NCBI GenBank assembly: GCA_964291495.2
Contig: OZ219871.1
Coordinates: 320,001 to 384,000, forward strand
Direction of reading: 5' to 3'
Origin: Dehalococcoidia bacterium
Lineage (GTDB): Bacteria > Chloroflexota > Dehalococcoidia > UBA2979
Length of the DNA: 64,000 bases
The notes beneath the pieces were generated by a model. It made no database searches, was not told the DNA's origin, and saw only the letters and a list, made by a program, of their open reading frames with translations. This document shows, piece by piece, positions 18,539-28,277 of the stretch. Made by a program: the position numbers and the translations under genes. Positions within the stretch are counted from its first letter, which is position 1. Every line of letters starts with the position of its first letter.

Positions 18539-20347
18539 CTAGCGCACCTGCTCCATGTGGTACGTGACGATCTCGTCGCCTTCCTCGAAGGCCTCGAAGC
18601 CGTCGACGGTGATGCCGCACTCGAGGCCGGCGGCCACCTCGCGCGCGTCCTCCTGGAAGCGCTTGAGCGAGTCGATGCGCGACTCGCGCAGGACCTCGCC
18701 GCCGCGCATCACCCGTGCGAGTGAGCCGCGGGTGACCGACCCGTCGCGCACGAGGCAGCCGGCAATCGAGTTGCGGCGGCCGCGGCGGAAGACCTGGCGC
18801 ACCTCGGCGACGGCGTCGCGGCGCTCCTCATAGATCGGCTGAAGCATGCCGCGCACGGCCTGCTCGACATCCTCGATCACGTCGTAGATCACGCGGTACT
18901 CGCGGATCTCGACGTGCTCCGCCTCGGCAAGGCGCTGCGCGCCGGTCTCGGCGCGGGCGTTGAAGGCGATGATCACGCCCTGCGAGGCGACCGCGAGGTT
19001 GACGTCGGACTCGTTCACCGTGCCGGCCGCGGCGTGGATCACCTTGACGTTGATCTCGTCCAGGGCGAGGCCCTCGATGGCGCGCACGAGCGGCTCGATC
19101 GAGCCCTGCACGTCCGTCTTGAGCACGATGTTGAAGTCCTGCACCGCCCCGCGGTGGATCTCGCCGAACAGCGTGTCGAGGGTGACGCCGGTGCGGACGT
19201 TGCCCTCGCGCTCGACCGAGCGGCGTAGCTCGACGCTCTCGGCGCGGGCCGTGCGCTCGTCCTTCACCGTCTCGAAGCGCTCGCCTGCGGGCGGCACCTC
19301 GCTGAGGCCGAGCACCGTCACCGGCGTCGAGGGCCCCGCCTCCCGGAGCTGCTGCCCGGCCGAGTCCGTCATCGCCTTGATGCGGCCGTAGCTCAGCCCG
19401 GCGCGGATCACGTCGCCGCGGTGCAGCGTGCCGGTCTGCACGAGGATCGTCGCCGCGATGCCGCGCCGCGGGTCGGTTGCCGCCTCGAGCACGACGCCGA
19501 TGGCGGCGCGGTCCGGGTTGGCCTTCAGCTCCTCGAGCTCGGCGACCAGCAGCACACTCTCGAGCAGGTCGTCGATGCCGTCGCCGGCGAGCGCGGAGAT
19601 CGGCACCACGACGGTCTCGCCGCCGAACTCCTCGGGCACCAGCTCCGCGCCCATCAGGTCCTGCTTCACGCGGTCCGGGTTGGCGTTGGGCAGGTCCGTC
19701 TTGTTGACCGCCACCACGATCGGCACGCCGGCCGCGCGCGCGTGGTCGATCGCCTCGCGCGTCTGCGGCATCACGCCGTCGTCGGCGGCGACGACGATGA
19801 TCGCGATGTCGGTGACCTGCGCGCCGCGCGCGCGCATCTCCGTGAACGCCTCGTGGCCGGGTGTGTCAATGAAGGTGAGCGTCCGCCCATCCGGGCCGGC
19901 GGCCTGGTAGGCGCCGATGTGCTGCGTGATCCCGCCGGCCTCGCCCTCGACGACCCGGGCGCGGCGAATCGTGTCCAGCAGCGTCGTCTTGCCGTGGTCG
20001 ACGTGTCCGAGCACGGTGACCACCGGCGCGCGCGGCTGAGCGTCCTCGCCTTCCTCGATGATGCGGCGCGAGAGCGGCGCGGACTCGTCCTCGCCGGCGA
20101 CGGCGGCGGCCTCCTCGTCGCCCTCCTCCTCGGGCGCGTACCCGAGGTCGGCGGCGACGACGGCGGCGGTGTCGAAGTCGACCACCTGGTTGATGGTCGC
20201 CATCACGCCGTTCTTCATCAGTTCCTTGATCACGTCGACCGGCGTGATGCCGAGCAAACCCGCGAGGTCGCTGACGACGACCGCGGCGGGGATCGTGACG
20301 CGCGGCGATTCTGCCGCTGAAACGGTCTGGTCCGGCGCCTGCGTCAT
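18539..20347 (-). CDS. infB: translation initiation factor IF-2 (short form)
   Basis: [30 protein letters not shown]. Confidence 0.97.
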   Translation of the reverse strand: MTQAPDQTVSAAESPRVTIPAAVVVSDLAGLLGITPVDVIKELMKNGVMATINQVVDFDTAAVVAADLGYAPEEEGDEEAAAVAGEDESAPLSRRIIEEGEDAQPRAPVVTVLGHVDHGKTTLLDTIRRARVVEGEAGGITQHIGAYQAAGPDGRTLTFIDTPGHEAFTEMRARGAQVTDIAIIVVAADDGVMPQTREAIDHARAAGVPIVVAVNKTDLPNANPDRVKQDLMGAELVPEEFGGETVVVPISALAGDGIDDLLESVLLVAELEELKANPDRAAIGVVLEAATDPRRGIAATILVQTGTLHRGDVIRAGLSYGRIKAMTDSAGQQLREAGPSTPVTVLGLSEVPPAGERFETVKDERTARAESVELRRSVEREGNVRTGVTLDTLFGEIHRGAVQDFNIVLKTDVQGSIEPLVRAIEGLALDEINVKVIHAAAGTVNESDVNLAVASQGVIIAFNARAETGAQRLAEAEHVEIREYRVIYDVIEDVEQAVRGMLQPIYEERRDAVAEVRQVFRRGRRNSIAGCLVRDGSVTRGSLARVMRGGEVLRESRIDSLKRFQEDAREVAAGLECGITVDGFEAFEEGDEIVTYHMEQVR

Positions 20348-20667
20348 CGCTCGCTCTCTCCCGTTCCCCGGGTTCCGGCAGCCGCGGCTTCGCCGTGCCG
20401 TCGTGCGTACCCTCGCAGTGTAGCGCGGTCGGCGGCGCTGACCGAGGTCCGCAGCGCTCGATCGAGCCGTCCGCCCTCGAGTGCCTGCTGCCAGCAGGCG
20501 GGCGACTCGCAGAGGTAGCCGCCACGCCCCGGCGCTCGCCCCCGCTCGTCGACGCTGACCGAGCCGTCCGCGCCTCGCACCAGCCGGGTCAGCGAACGCT
20601 GGTCGCGCTGCTCGCGGCAGCTCAGGCAGCTACGCTGCGGCGGCGTCCGTCTGCGGGCCGGGGCCAT
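20344..20667 (-). CDS. ylxR: YlxR/RnpM (DUF448) RNA-binding protein
   Basis: PQRSCLSCR, GRGGYLC; conserved position between nusA and infB. Confidence 0.88.
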   Translation of the reverse strand: MAPARRRTPPQRSCLSCREQRDQRSLTRLVRGADGSVSVDERGRAPGRGGYLCESPACWQQALEGGRLDRALRTSVSAADRATLRGYARRHGEAAAAGTRGTGESER

Positions 20668-20725
20668 TGCCGTGCATCCGTCCCATTCGCTGTTCGCGTT
20701 CGCGGCGTCGCGCTACCGATCGCCG

Positions 20726-22369
20726 CTAGTCCTCGTACTCGTCGTATTCCCCGTACTCGTCCTCGTCCTCGTCTTCGAAGGGCAAGTCGCCGTGGAGCTC
20801 GCTCAGCCCCTCCTCGATCTCGTCCTCGTCGACCTCGAAGCGGCGGCGGCCGCCGCGCGGCTGGCGATCGCGCTCGGGCTGCGCACCCCCGCGCCGGCGT
20901 CGCCGCGCCGGACTGCGGCCACCGCGCGCCGGCCGGTCCGGCTCGTCGTCGATGTCGCGCAGCTCGCCGATCTCCTCCGCGAAGCGCAGGCCGCCGGGAG
21001 CGGACGGCGCCGCGGCGGGCGCACGAGGGGGCGCCGCCGGCGCCTCCTCGACGACGACCTCCGCGGCGGCCGCGGCCTCCTCGACCGGCTCCGCCGCGGC
21101 GGGCTCGGCGAACTCGGCGAGCACCTCCTGCTCCGGGGTGAGCGGGGCGGGCTCGGCGGGCGCCTCGACCAGCTCGTGCTCGCCGGGGAGCCCCGGCCGC
21201 GCGTATCCGGCCTGCGAGGGCGCCACGAAGTCCGGCAGCGTCGGGAGCGCCGGCGTCGGCGCCAGCGGGAGCGCCTCCATGTTCGGCTCGGGAGGCGGGT
21301 AGAGGTCCTCGCCGTTGCGGATCAGCAGGCTCTCCGGGCTGATCTCGACGCGGCGGCCGGTCAGGCGCGCAGTCAGGCGCGCGTTCTGCCCCTCCTTGCC
21401 GATGGCGAGGCTGATCTGCTTGTCCGGCACCGCGAGGAACGCCGTGTTCGTCTCCTCATCGAGGCGCACCGAGACGACCTCGGCGGGGCTCAGCGCGTTC
21501 GCGACAAAGCCCGCCTCGTTCGGGTCCCAGCGGACGATGTCGATGCGCTCTCCGCCCAGCTCATTGACCACGTTCTGGATGCGCGCGCCGCGCACGCCGA
21601 CGACCGCGCCGATCGGGTCGACGCCGTCCTGGCGCGAGATCACGGCGATCTTGCTGCGGAAGCCGGGCTCACGCGCCATCTTCACGATCTCGACGGTGCC
21701 CTTGGCGATCTCCGGCGATTCGAGCTCCAGGAGGCGTCTCAGCAGCTCCGGATGGGAGCGCGAGGCGACCACCTGCGGCCCCTTGGCCGCGCGGTAGACC
21801 TCCTTCACGTAGACCCGCAGCCGCTGCCCGACGCGGTAGTGCTCCGGGCGCACCTGCTCGGCCGACGGCAGCACGGCCTCGGTCCGTCCGAGGTCGAGAA
21901 CCACGTTGCGGCGGCCGGCCTCGACGCGCAGCACGGTGCCGGAAACCAGCTCGCCCTGCTTCGTGGTGAACTCGCCGAAGACGGCCTCGCGCTCGGCCTC
22001 GCGGAGGCGCTGGAGCACCACCTGCTTCGCCGTCTGTGCGGCGATGCGGCCAGCGTCCAGCGACGCCTCGAGCGGCTCGCGGATGCGATCACCCTCGGCG
22101 GCCCCGGCGTGGCCCATCTCCGCGGCGCGCTCCGGCGAGACCTGGATCTCGTCGTCCTCGATCTCCTCGTCCGGCATCACGTCCCAGACGCGCCAGGCGT
22201 CGATGTCGCCGGATTCGATGTCGATCCTGACCTCGATCTCGGCGTACTGGAGCTCGTCCTTCTTGTAGGCGGAGGCCATCGCCGCCTCGACGGCCTTGAA
22301 GACGGTCTCGGTATCGAGGTTCTTTTCCGCTGAAAGCTGCGCGATCGCGGTGACGAATTCGCTCTTCAT
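20726..22369 (-). CDS. nusA: transcription factor NusA with an acidic/Ala-rich C-terminal extension
   Basis: GRIAAQTAKQV, AREPGFRSKIAV, GVRGARI, AIGKEGQNARL; ATG 22369. Confidence 0.96.
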   Translation of the reverse strand: MKSEFVTAIAQLSAEKNLDTETVFKAVEAAMASAYKKDELQYAEIEVRIDIESGDIDAWRVWDVMPDEEIEDDEIQVSPERAAEMGHAGAAEGDRIREPLEASLDAGRIAAQTAKQVVLQRLREAEREAVFGEFTTKQGELVSGTVLRVEAGRRNVVLDLGRTEAVLPSAEQVRPEHYRVGQRLRVYVKEVYRAAKGPQVVASRSHPELLRRLLELESPEIAKGTVEIVKMAREPGFRSKIAVISRQDGVDPIGAVVGVRGARIQNVVNELGGERIDIVRWDPNEAGFVANALSPAEVVSVRLDEETNTAFLAVPDKQISLAIGKEGQNARLTARLTGRRVEISPESLLIRNGEDLYPPPEPNMEALPLAPTPALPTLPDFVAPSQAGYARPGLPGEHELVEAPAEPAPLTPEQEVLAEFAEPAAAEPVEEAAAAAEVVVEEAPAAPPRAPAAAPSAPGGLRFAEEIGELRDIDDEPDRPARGGRSPARRRRRGGAQPERDRQPRGGRRRFEVDEDEIEEGLSELHGDLPFEDEDEDEYGEYDEYED

Positions 22370-22417
22370 GTGCTGCTGCCGCTCCCGAGGTGCCCTCGGC
22401 TGGGCCGCCCTTGCTAC

Positions 22418-22480
22418 AAAAAAACGTGGGCGTCGGCCCACGTCTCGCAAGGAGGCGCTGGTGTGCGAATCAGTGTAGCA
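22418..22480 (-). terminator. nusA operon promoter with a leader terminator/attenuator (rimP-leader-like)
   Basis: Minus strand TGcTACACT extended -10 (22480-22472), then hairpin ACGTGGGC-cgac-GCCCACGT followed by a T-tract (22443-22418), upstream of the nusA start. Confidence 0.8.
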
Positions 22481-22510
22481 CGCGGCCCGGTTCGGGGCGC
22501 GCCGACCCGG

Positions 22511-24259
22511 CTATACGTCCGGGTCGAGGGCCTCGATGGCGGCCGCGCGCAGTGCTTGCAGGCGGCCGGCGACCTCGCCGCGCGGGATGTGCTCGACCTC
22601 GCCCGTCGCGCGCGTGCGCAGTTCGACGGCGCCCTCCGCCTGGTTGCGCGCCGAGACGGTCAGCCGCCAGGGCAGGCCGATCAGGTCGGCGTCGTTGAAC
22701 TTCACGCCCGGGGACTCGTCGCGGTCGTCGAACAGCACCTCGAGGCCGGCGTCCGCCAGCTCGGCGTAGAGCGCCTCCGCCTCCTCGGCGACTTGCGGGT
22801 CGCGGTCGAGGCGCAGCGCGACGAGCTGCACGTCGTAGGGCGCGACCGAGGCGGGCCAGCTGATGCCGTCCTCGTCGTGGTTCGCCTCGACGGCGGCCGC
22901 GACGATGCGGTCGACGCCGATGCCGTAGCAGCCCATCGTCGGCACCACCGGCTGCCCCTCGGCGCCGAGCACGTCGACGCTGAACGCCTCGGAGTAGATC
23001 TGACCGAGGCGGAAGACGTGCCCCATCTCGATACCGCGGCGCAGCCGGATCACGCCCTCGCCGCAGGCCGCGCAGACGTGGCCGTCCTCGGCGAGGGCGA
23101 TGTCGGCAACGAGGCTCGCCTGCCAGTCGCGGCCGTGGTTGACGTTGCGCAGGTGGAAGTCCGCCTTGTTCGCGCCGGCCACGAGGTTCGGCGAGTCCGG
23201 GATCGAGAGGTCCGCCACGACGGTCATGCGGTCGCCGAGGCCGACCGGCGAGGCCGACCCGGCGACGAGGCCATGGTGCTCCACCTCGGCGTCGGTCATC
23301 GCCCGCACGGCGCGCCCATCGAGCTCGTTGGAGAGTTTGACCTCGTTGATCTCGAGGTCGCCGCGCACGACGGCGAAGATCGGCTCCTCCGGATCGCTGC
23401 CGCCCCCGGCCATGTAGAAGACCGCCTTGGCGGTGCGCGAGGTCGGGACCTCAAGCAGCGTCGCGAGCTGCTCGATGGTCGTCGTGCCCGGCGTCGAGAC
23501 CTCCTCGACGGGCAGCGGGTCCTCGGGAGCGGCTGGCGGGCGCACGAAGGCCGCCTTCTCCGTGTTGGCGGCGTAGTCGCAGTCGGAGCAGAGCGCGACG
23601 GTGTCCTCGCCGGCCTCGCTGAGGAAGATGAACTCCTGCGAGCCCTTGCCGCCGATCGCGCCCGAGTCCGCCTCGACGGGGACGGTCGGCACGCCGCAAC
23701 GGGCGAAGATGCGGCGGTAGGCCTGGAACATCGCGTCGTAGGAGTCGGTCAGCCCGTCCTCGTCGAGGTCGAAGGAGTAGGCGTCCTTCATCGTGAACTC
23801 GCGGACGCGCACCAGTCCGCCGCGCGGGCGTCCCTCGTCCCGGAACTTGGTCTGGATCTGATAGAGCGTGACGGGTAGATCGCGATAGGAGCTGGTGTGA
23901 TCGGCGAAGAGGCGCGTGATCACCTCCTCGTGCGTCGGTCCGAGGACGAGGCCGCGCCCGCGCTGGTCGTTGAGGTGGAAGAGGACAGGGCCGAAGGCCT
24001 CCTCGCGGCCGCTCTGCTGCCACAGCTCGACCGGCTGGATGGCGGGCAGCAGCACCTCTTGCCCGCCGGCGGCGTCCATCTCCTCGCGGACGACGTTCTC
24101 GGCCTTGAGGCGGGCGCGGCGGCCGAGGGGCATGTAGCTGTATGCCCCCGCCATGAGCTGGTCGATGCAGCCCGCGCGCAGCAGCAGCCGATGGCTCGCC
24201 GTCTCCGCGTCGGCGGGCGCCTGGCGCAGCGTGCGTCCGAACAGCCGCGACATCCGCAT
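22511..24259 (-). CDS. proS: proline--tRNA ligase with insertion editing domain
   Basis: MRMSRLF, LGPTHEE, FRDEGRPRGG, GIEMGHVF, MGCYGIG. Confidence 0.97.
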   Translation of the reverse strand: MRMSRLFGRTLRQAPADAETASHRLLLRAGCIDQLMAGAYSYMPLGRRARLKAENVVREEMDAAGGQEVLLPAIQPVELWQQSGREEAFGPVLFHLNDQRGRGLVLGPTHEEVITRLFADHTSSYRDLPVTLYQIQTKFRDEGRPRGGLVRVREFTMKDAYSFDLDEDGLTDSYDAMFQAYRRIFARCGVPTVPVEADSGAIGGKGSQEFIFLSEAGEDTVALCSDCDYAANTEKAAFVRPPAAPEDPLPVEEVSTPGTTTIEQLATLLEVPTSRTAKAVFYMAGGGSDPEEPIFAVVRGDLEINEVKLSNELDGRAVRAMTDAEVEHHGLVAGSASPVGLGDRMTVVADLSIPDSPNLVAGANKADFHLRNVNHGRDWQASLVADIALAEDGHVCAACGEGVIRLRRGIEMGHVFRLGQIYSEAFSVDVLGAEGQPVVPTMGCYGIGVDRIVAAAVEANHDEDGISWPASVAPYDVQLVALRLDRDPQVAEEAEALYAELADAGLEVLFDDRDESPGVKFNDADLIGLPWRLTVSARNQAEGAVELRTRATGEVEHIPRGEVAGRLQALRAAAIEALDPDV

Positions 24260-24405
24260 GGCGTCGAGGGTACGCAGGCGCGGCGGCGCGGGCAAAGGTG
24301 GGACCCCAGCCGATCCTTGCCCCCTCCCCGGCAGGTGCTACCATCCGCCGCGCCGCCTCGACAGCCCCGAGGCGCGCCCATCCGCATCCGCACCGGGAGC
24401 CCGCG

Positions 24406-25572
24406 ATGAAGCTGCACGAGTACCAGGCCAAGGAACTGCTGGCGCGCTACGGCGTGCCCACACCGGGCGGCAAAGTCGCCCGCAGCGCCGACGAAGCCGC
24501 CGCCGCCGCCGAGGAGCTCGGCGGCAAGGTCGTCGTCAAGGCGCAGGTGCACGCGGGCGGACGCGGCAAGGCCGGCGGCATCAAGCTCGCCAACTCCGCC
24601 GAGGAGGCGCGCGCCGCCGCCGAGGAGCTGCTCGGCACGAACCTCGTCACCATCCAGAGCCCGCAGGGCCAGCCGATCAACTCGGTGCTGGTCGAGGAAC
24701 AGATCGACGTCGCCCGCGAGCTCTACCTCGGCGCCGTCATCGACAACCAGTCCGGGCGCCCCGTCGTGATCGCCTCCGCGGCCGGCGGCATGGACATCGA
24801 GCAGGTCGCCGAGGAGACGCCGGACCAGATCCACAGCCAGGCGATCGACCCCGCCTGCGGCTTCCAGGGCTACCAGGCGCGGGCCCTCGCCTTCGCCACC
24901 GGCCTCGACGGCGACCTCAACCGGCCCGCCGTCGCGCTGATCTCGGCGCTCGCCCAAGCCTTCGAGGAGAACGACGGCTCGCTCGCCGAGATCAACCCGC
25001 TCGTCGTCACCGGCGACGGCAAGCTGCTCGCCGTCGACGCCAAGTTCAGCATCGACGACGACGCCGACTTCCGGCATCGCGACCTCGTCGAGCTGCGCGA
25101 CAAGTCGCAGGACGACGCCCTCGAGGTCGAGGCGGAAGAGGCCGGGGTGCAGAATTACGTCAAGCTGGACGGCGACATCGGCTGCATGGTCAATGGCGCC
25201 GGGCTGGCGATGGCGACGATGGACGCGATCAAGTTCGAGGGCGGCGAGCCCGCGAACTTCCTCGACATCGGCACCGCGAACGACCCGGAGGCGATCGTCA
25301 CGGCGCTGCGCCTGATCGGCGCCGACCCGGACGTGAAGGCGGTGCTGGTCAACATCTTCGGCGGCCTCGCGCGCACCGACGTGATCGCGGAGGGCGTGGT
25401 GCAGGCCCACGAGCAGGGCCTGATCACGCAGCCGACGGTCGTGCGGCTGGCCGGCACCAACGTCGAGGAGGGCAACCGCATCCTCGACGAATCGGGCCTC
25501 GACCTGATTCGCGCGGACGGCTTCGCCGACGCCGCGCAGAAGGCCGTCGAGGCGGCAGGCGAGGGAGCGTAA
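24406..25572 (+). CDS. sucC: succinyl-CoA synthetase beta subunit
   Basis: MKLHEYQAK, KAQVHAGGRGKAGG, NGAGLAMATMD, NIFGG. Confidence 0.96.
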   Translation: MKLHEYQAKELLARYGVPTPGGKVARSADEAAAAAEELGGKVVVKAQVHAGGRGKAGGIKLANSAEEARAAAEELLGTNLVTIQSPQGQPINSVLVEEQIDVARELYLGAVIDNQSGRPVVIASAAGGMDIEQVAEETPDQIHSQAIDPACGFQGYQARALAFATGLDGDLNRPAVALISALAQAFEENDGSLAEINPLVVTGDGKLLAVDAKFSIDDDADFRHRDLVELRDKSQDDALEVEAEEAGVQNYVKLDGDIGCMVNGAGLAMATMDAIKFEGGEPANFLDIGTANDPEAIVTALRLIGADPDVKAVLVNIFGGLARTDVIAEGVVQAHEQGLITQPTVVRLAGTNVEEGNRILDESGLDLIRADGFADAAQKAVEAAGEGA

Positions 25573-25573
25573 C

Positions 25574-26455
25574 GTGGGCGTACTGCTGGACGAGAACAGC
25601 CGCGTCGTCATCCAGGGCTTCGGCGGCGCCGGGCAGCGCGAGGCGAAGACCAGCCGCGAGTACGGCACGCAGATCGTCTGCGGCGTCACGCCCGGCCGCG
25701 GCGGCCAGGTCCTCGAGGACACGCCGATCCGCAACACCGTGCGCGAGGCCGTCGACGAGTTCGACGCCAACGTCTCGCTGATCTTCGTGCCCGCGCCCTT
25801 CGCCGCCGACGCGATCCTCGAGGCCGCCGACGCCGGCATCCCCGTCGCGATCTGCATCACCGAGGGCATCCCCGTGCAGGACATGGTGCGCGTGAAGCGC
25901 GCGCTGGAGGGCAGCGAGACGCTGCTGATCGGGCCCAACTGCCCAGGCGTCATCACCCCCGCGGCCCGCGCCCGCGCCGGCATCATGCCGACCGACGTCT
26001 ACCTCGAGGGCAGCGTGGGCGTGATCTCGCGCTCCGGCACGCTCGTCTACGAGACGGTCGACCAGCTGACGCGGGCCGGCGTCGGGCAGTCCTCGAGCGT
26101 CGGCGTGGGCGGCGACCCGATCATCGGCACCACGCAGGCCGAGGCGCTGGCGCTGTTCGAGGCGGACCCGGACACGGCGGCGGTGGTGCTGATCGGCGAG
26201 ATCGGCGGCACCGCCGAGCAGGAGGCCGCGGCCTACGTCGCGCAGATGTCGAAGCCGGTCACGGCTTTCATCGCCGGCGCGACCGCCCCGCCCGGCCGTC
26301 GGATGGGCCACGCCGGCGCGATCATCGCCGGCAAGGCCGGCACCGCCGAGGCCAAGAAGGCCGCCCTGCGCGAGGCCGGCGCGGCCGTCGCCGACTCCCC
26401 CTCGCAGATCGGCGAGACCTGCCTGGAGCAGCTGCGGAGCGCCGGGCTGCTCTAG
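25574..26455 (+). CDS. sucD: succinyl-CoA synthetase alpha subunit
   Basis: GPNCPG, SRSGTL, MGHAGA phosphohistidine motif. Confidence 0.96.
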   Translation: MGVLLDENSRVVIQGFGGAGQREAKTSREYGTQIVCGVTPGRGGQVLEDTPIRNTVREAVDEFDANVSLIFVPAPFAADAILEAADAGIPVAICITEGIPVQDMVRVKRALEGSETLLIGPNCPGVITPAARARAGIMPTDVYLEGSVGVISRSGTLVYETVDQLTRAGVGQSSSVGVGGDPIIGTTQAEALALFEADPDTAAVVLIGEIGGTAEQEAAAYVAQMSKPVTAFIAGATAPPGRRMGHAGAIIAGKAGTAEAKKAALREAGAAVADSPSQIGETCLEQLRSAGLL

Positions 26456-26492
26456 CGCGGCGCCCTCCGCGCTGGTGTACGCGGGTACGGCC

Positions 26493-26648
26493 ATGGTGAA
26501 GCCGAAGACCCAGCCGCAACGCCGTAATGAGGCGAAGAAGTCCTCCGCCCGGAAGGGGCGCGACGGACTCAGTGCCGAGCGCCGCGAGCAGCTGCGCGCG
26601 CTGATCGCGAGGCGCGCCCCCGCGCTGCGGGAACTCGAGAAACACTAG
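26493..26648 (+). CDS. small basic 51-aa protein, possibly an orphan antitoxin
   Basis: MVKPKTQPQRRNEAKKSSARKGRDGLSAERREQLRALIARRAPALRELEKH; below the ORF-track cutoff and fills the intergenic gap. Confidence 0.45.
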   Translation: MVKPKTQPQRRNEAKKSSARKGRDGLSAERREQLRALIARRAPALRELEKH

Positions 26649-26741
26649 AGCCACAACCAACAGGTCGCGCGATAGCCCGACGCCGCTCGGTTGCCGCCCC
26701 CCGCACCCCTCCCTACGCTCCGCTGCGGAGGGCGGCAAGCA

Positions 26742-27500
26742 GTGGCGGAAGGCACAGGCGGCGGCAAGCTCCAAGGCAAGGTCGCCGTCGTCACTGGCGG
26801 CACCAGCGGCATCGGCCTCGCCGTCGCGCGCGAGTTCCTTGGCGAGGGCGCGCGTGTCGCCGTCTGCGGGCGTGACCCGCGCCGGCTCGACGCCGCCTCG
26901 GTCGCCCTCGGCGATCGGGCGATCACCATTCCCTGCGACGTCACCAGCGTCGAGGAGCTTGACCGGCTGTTCGAGGAGGCGGCCGCCAAGCTCGGGCCGA
27001 TCGACGTCGTGGTCGTGAACGCGGGCGGGGACAACCCGCCGCAGTCCTTCCTCGAGGTCACCGAGGACGAGTTCGATGCCGTCGCGTCGCTGAACTTCAA
27101 ATCGGTGTTCTTCACCGTGCAGAAGGCCGCGCCGCGCATGAACGACGGCGGCTCGATCATCATCACCACCTCCGGCGCGAACGCGCAGGGGTACGCCGAC
27201 GGCGCGGTCTACAGCGCCTCGAAGGCGGCGGCGAGGTCGCTCGCGCGCTCGCTCGGCGCGGGGCTGCTGCGGCGCGGCATCCGCGTCAACGCGCTCCGCC
27301 CCGGCCTGATCGACACGCCGATCCTCTCCACGACGATGACCGAGGAGACCCGCGAGTACATCCGCCGCCGCATGATCCCGATGCGCCGCGAGGGCGCGCC
27401 CGACGAGATCGCCAAGGCCGCCCTCTTCCTCGCCTCGGACGACTCGTCATACGTGCTCGGCGTCGAGCTCAGCGTCGACGGCGGTCTGACCGAGCTGTAG
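26742..27500 (+). CDS. short-chain dehydrogenase/reductase
   Basis: TGGTSGIG, VNAG, YSASK, PGLIDT; GTG 26742 preferred. Confidence 0.93.
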   Translation: MAEGTGGGKLQGKVAVVTGGTSGIGLAVAREFLGEGARVAVCGRDPRRLDAASVALGDRAITIPCDVTSVEELDRLFEEAAAKLGPIDVVVVNAGGDNPPQSFLEVTEDEFDAVASLNFKSVFFTVQKAAPRMNDGGSIIITTSGANAQGYADGAVYSASKAAARSLARSLGAGLLRRGIRVNALRPGLIDTPILSTTMTEETREYIRRRMIPMRREGAPDEIAKAALFLASDDSSYVLGVELSVDGGLTEL

Positions 27501-27577
27501 GGCCGGCTGCGAGCCGGGAACTTGCTGAGGCTTGCCCCTCACTTCGACCGGCGCCCCGAGTGAGCAGGGCAACGGAG

Positions 27578-27616
27578 CCCCCTCACCCCAGCCCCTTCCC
27601 GCCGGGGGCAAGGGGG
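27578..27616. repeat. single degenerate boxC/REP-like palindrome
   Basis: CCCCTCACCCCAGCCCCTTCCC-gcc-GGGGGCAAGGGGG, related to the units at 33.2-33.5 kb and 53.3-53.5 kb; lies between convergent genes. Confidence 0.55.
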
Positions 27617-27622
27617 TAGTAG

Positions 27623-28267
27623 CTAGAGGAAGACGGGCTCGCGGGAGGTGAAGCGGTAGAGGCGCGCGGGGCGGTGGGCGCCCTCGCGGCGCACGTCCTC
27701 GGTGGCCTCGATCAGCGCGGTCGAGAGCATGCGCTTGCGGAAGTTGCGGCGGTCCAAACGCGCCGCGAGGATCGCCTCGTACGCGGCCTGCAGCTCACGC
27801 AGCGTGAAGCGCTCCGGCAGCAGGCCGTAGGCGATATTCGTGTAGTCCAGCTTCGCCCGCACCCGCTCGACCGCCTGCGCGATCACGCGGCCGTTGGAGA
27901 AGGCCAGCGGCGGCAGCGCGTCCACCGGCAGCCAGGCAGGCCGCCAGGCGTCGTCCGCGCTCTCGCGCAGCCGCACCGCCTTCGCCTCGACCAGCGCGAA
28001 GTAGGCGATCGCGACGCCCGGCTGCGTCGGGTCGAGCCCGGACTCGGTGAAGAGCTGCTCGAGGTAGACGTCGCGCGCGCCGGTCTCCTCGAAGAGTTTC
28101 GCCTGCGCGGCCTGCTCCAGCGTGCGCCCGCCGTCCCAGAGCCCTCCGGGCAGCGCCCACAGCTCCGCCTCGGGCGGCTCGTCGCGGTACACCAGCAGCA
28201 CCTGCAGCCGCTCCTCGATGATCGCGAAGATCACGAGGATGGTGGCGACGGCCGGTCCGCCGGACAT
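27623..28267 (-). CDS. nrtR: NrtR-family Nudix-wHTH regulator of NAD metabolism
   Basis: WALPGG, EETG..DVYLEQLFT, LLPERFTLRELQ, LDRRNFRK, HRPARLYRF; ATG 28267. Confidence 0.9.
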   Translation of the reverse strand: MSGGPAVATILVIFAIIEERLQVLLVYRDEPPEAELWALPGGLWDGGRTLEQAAQAKLFEETGARDVYLEQLFTESGLDPTQPGVAIAYFALVEAKAVRLRESADDAWRPAWLPVDALPPLAFSNGRVIAQAVERVRAKLDYTNIAYGLLPERFTLRELQAAYEAILAARLDRRNFRKRMLSTALIEATEDVRREGAHRPARLYRFTSREPVFL

Positions 28268-28277
28268 CGCGCGGTCC

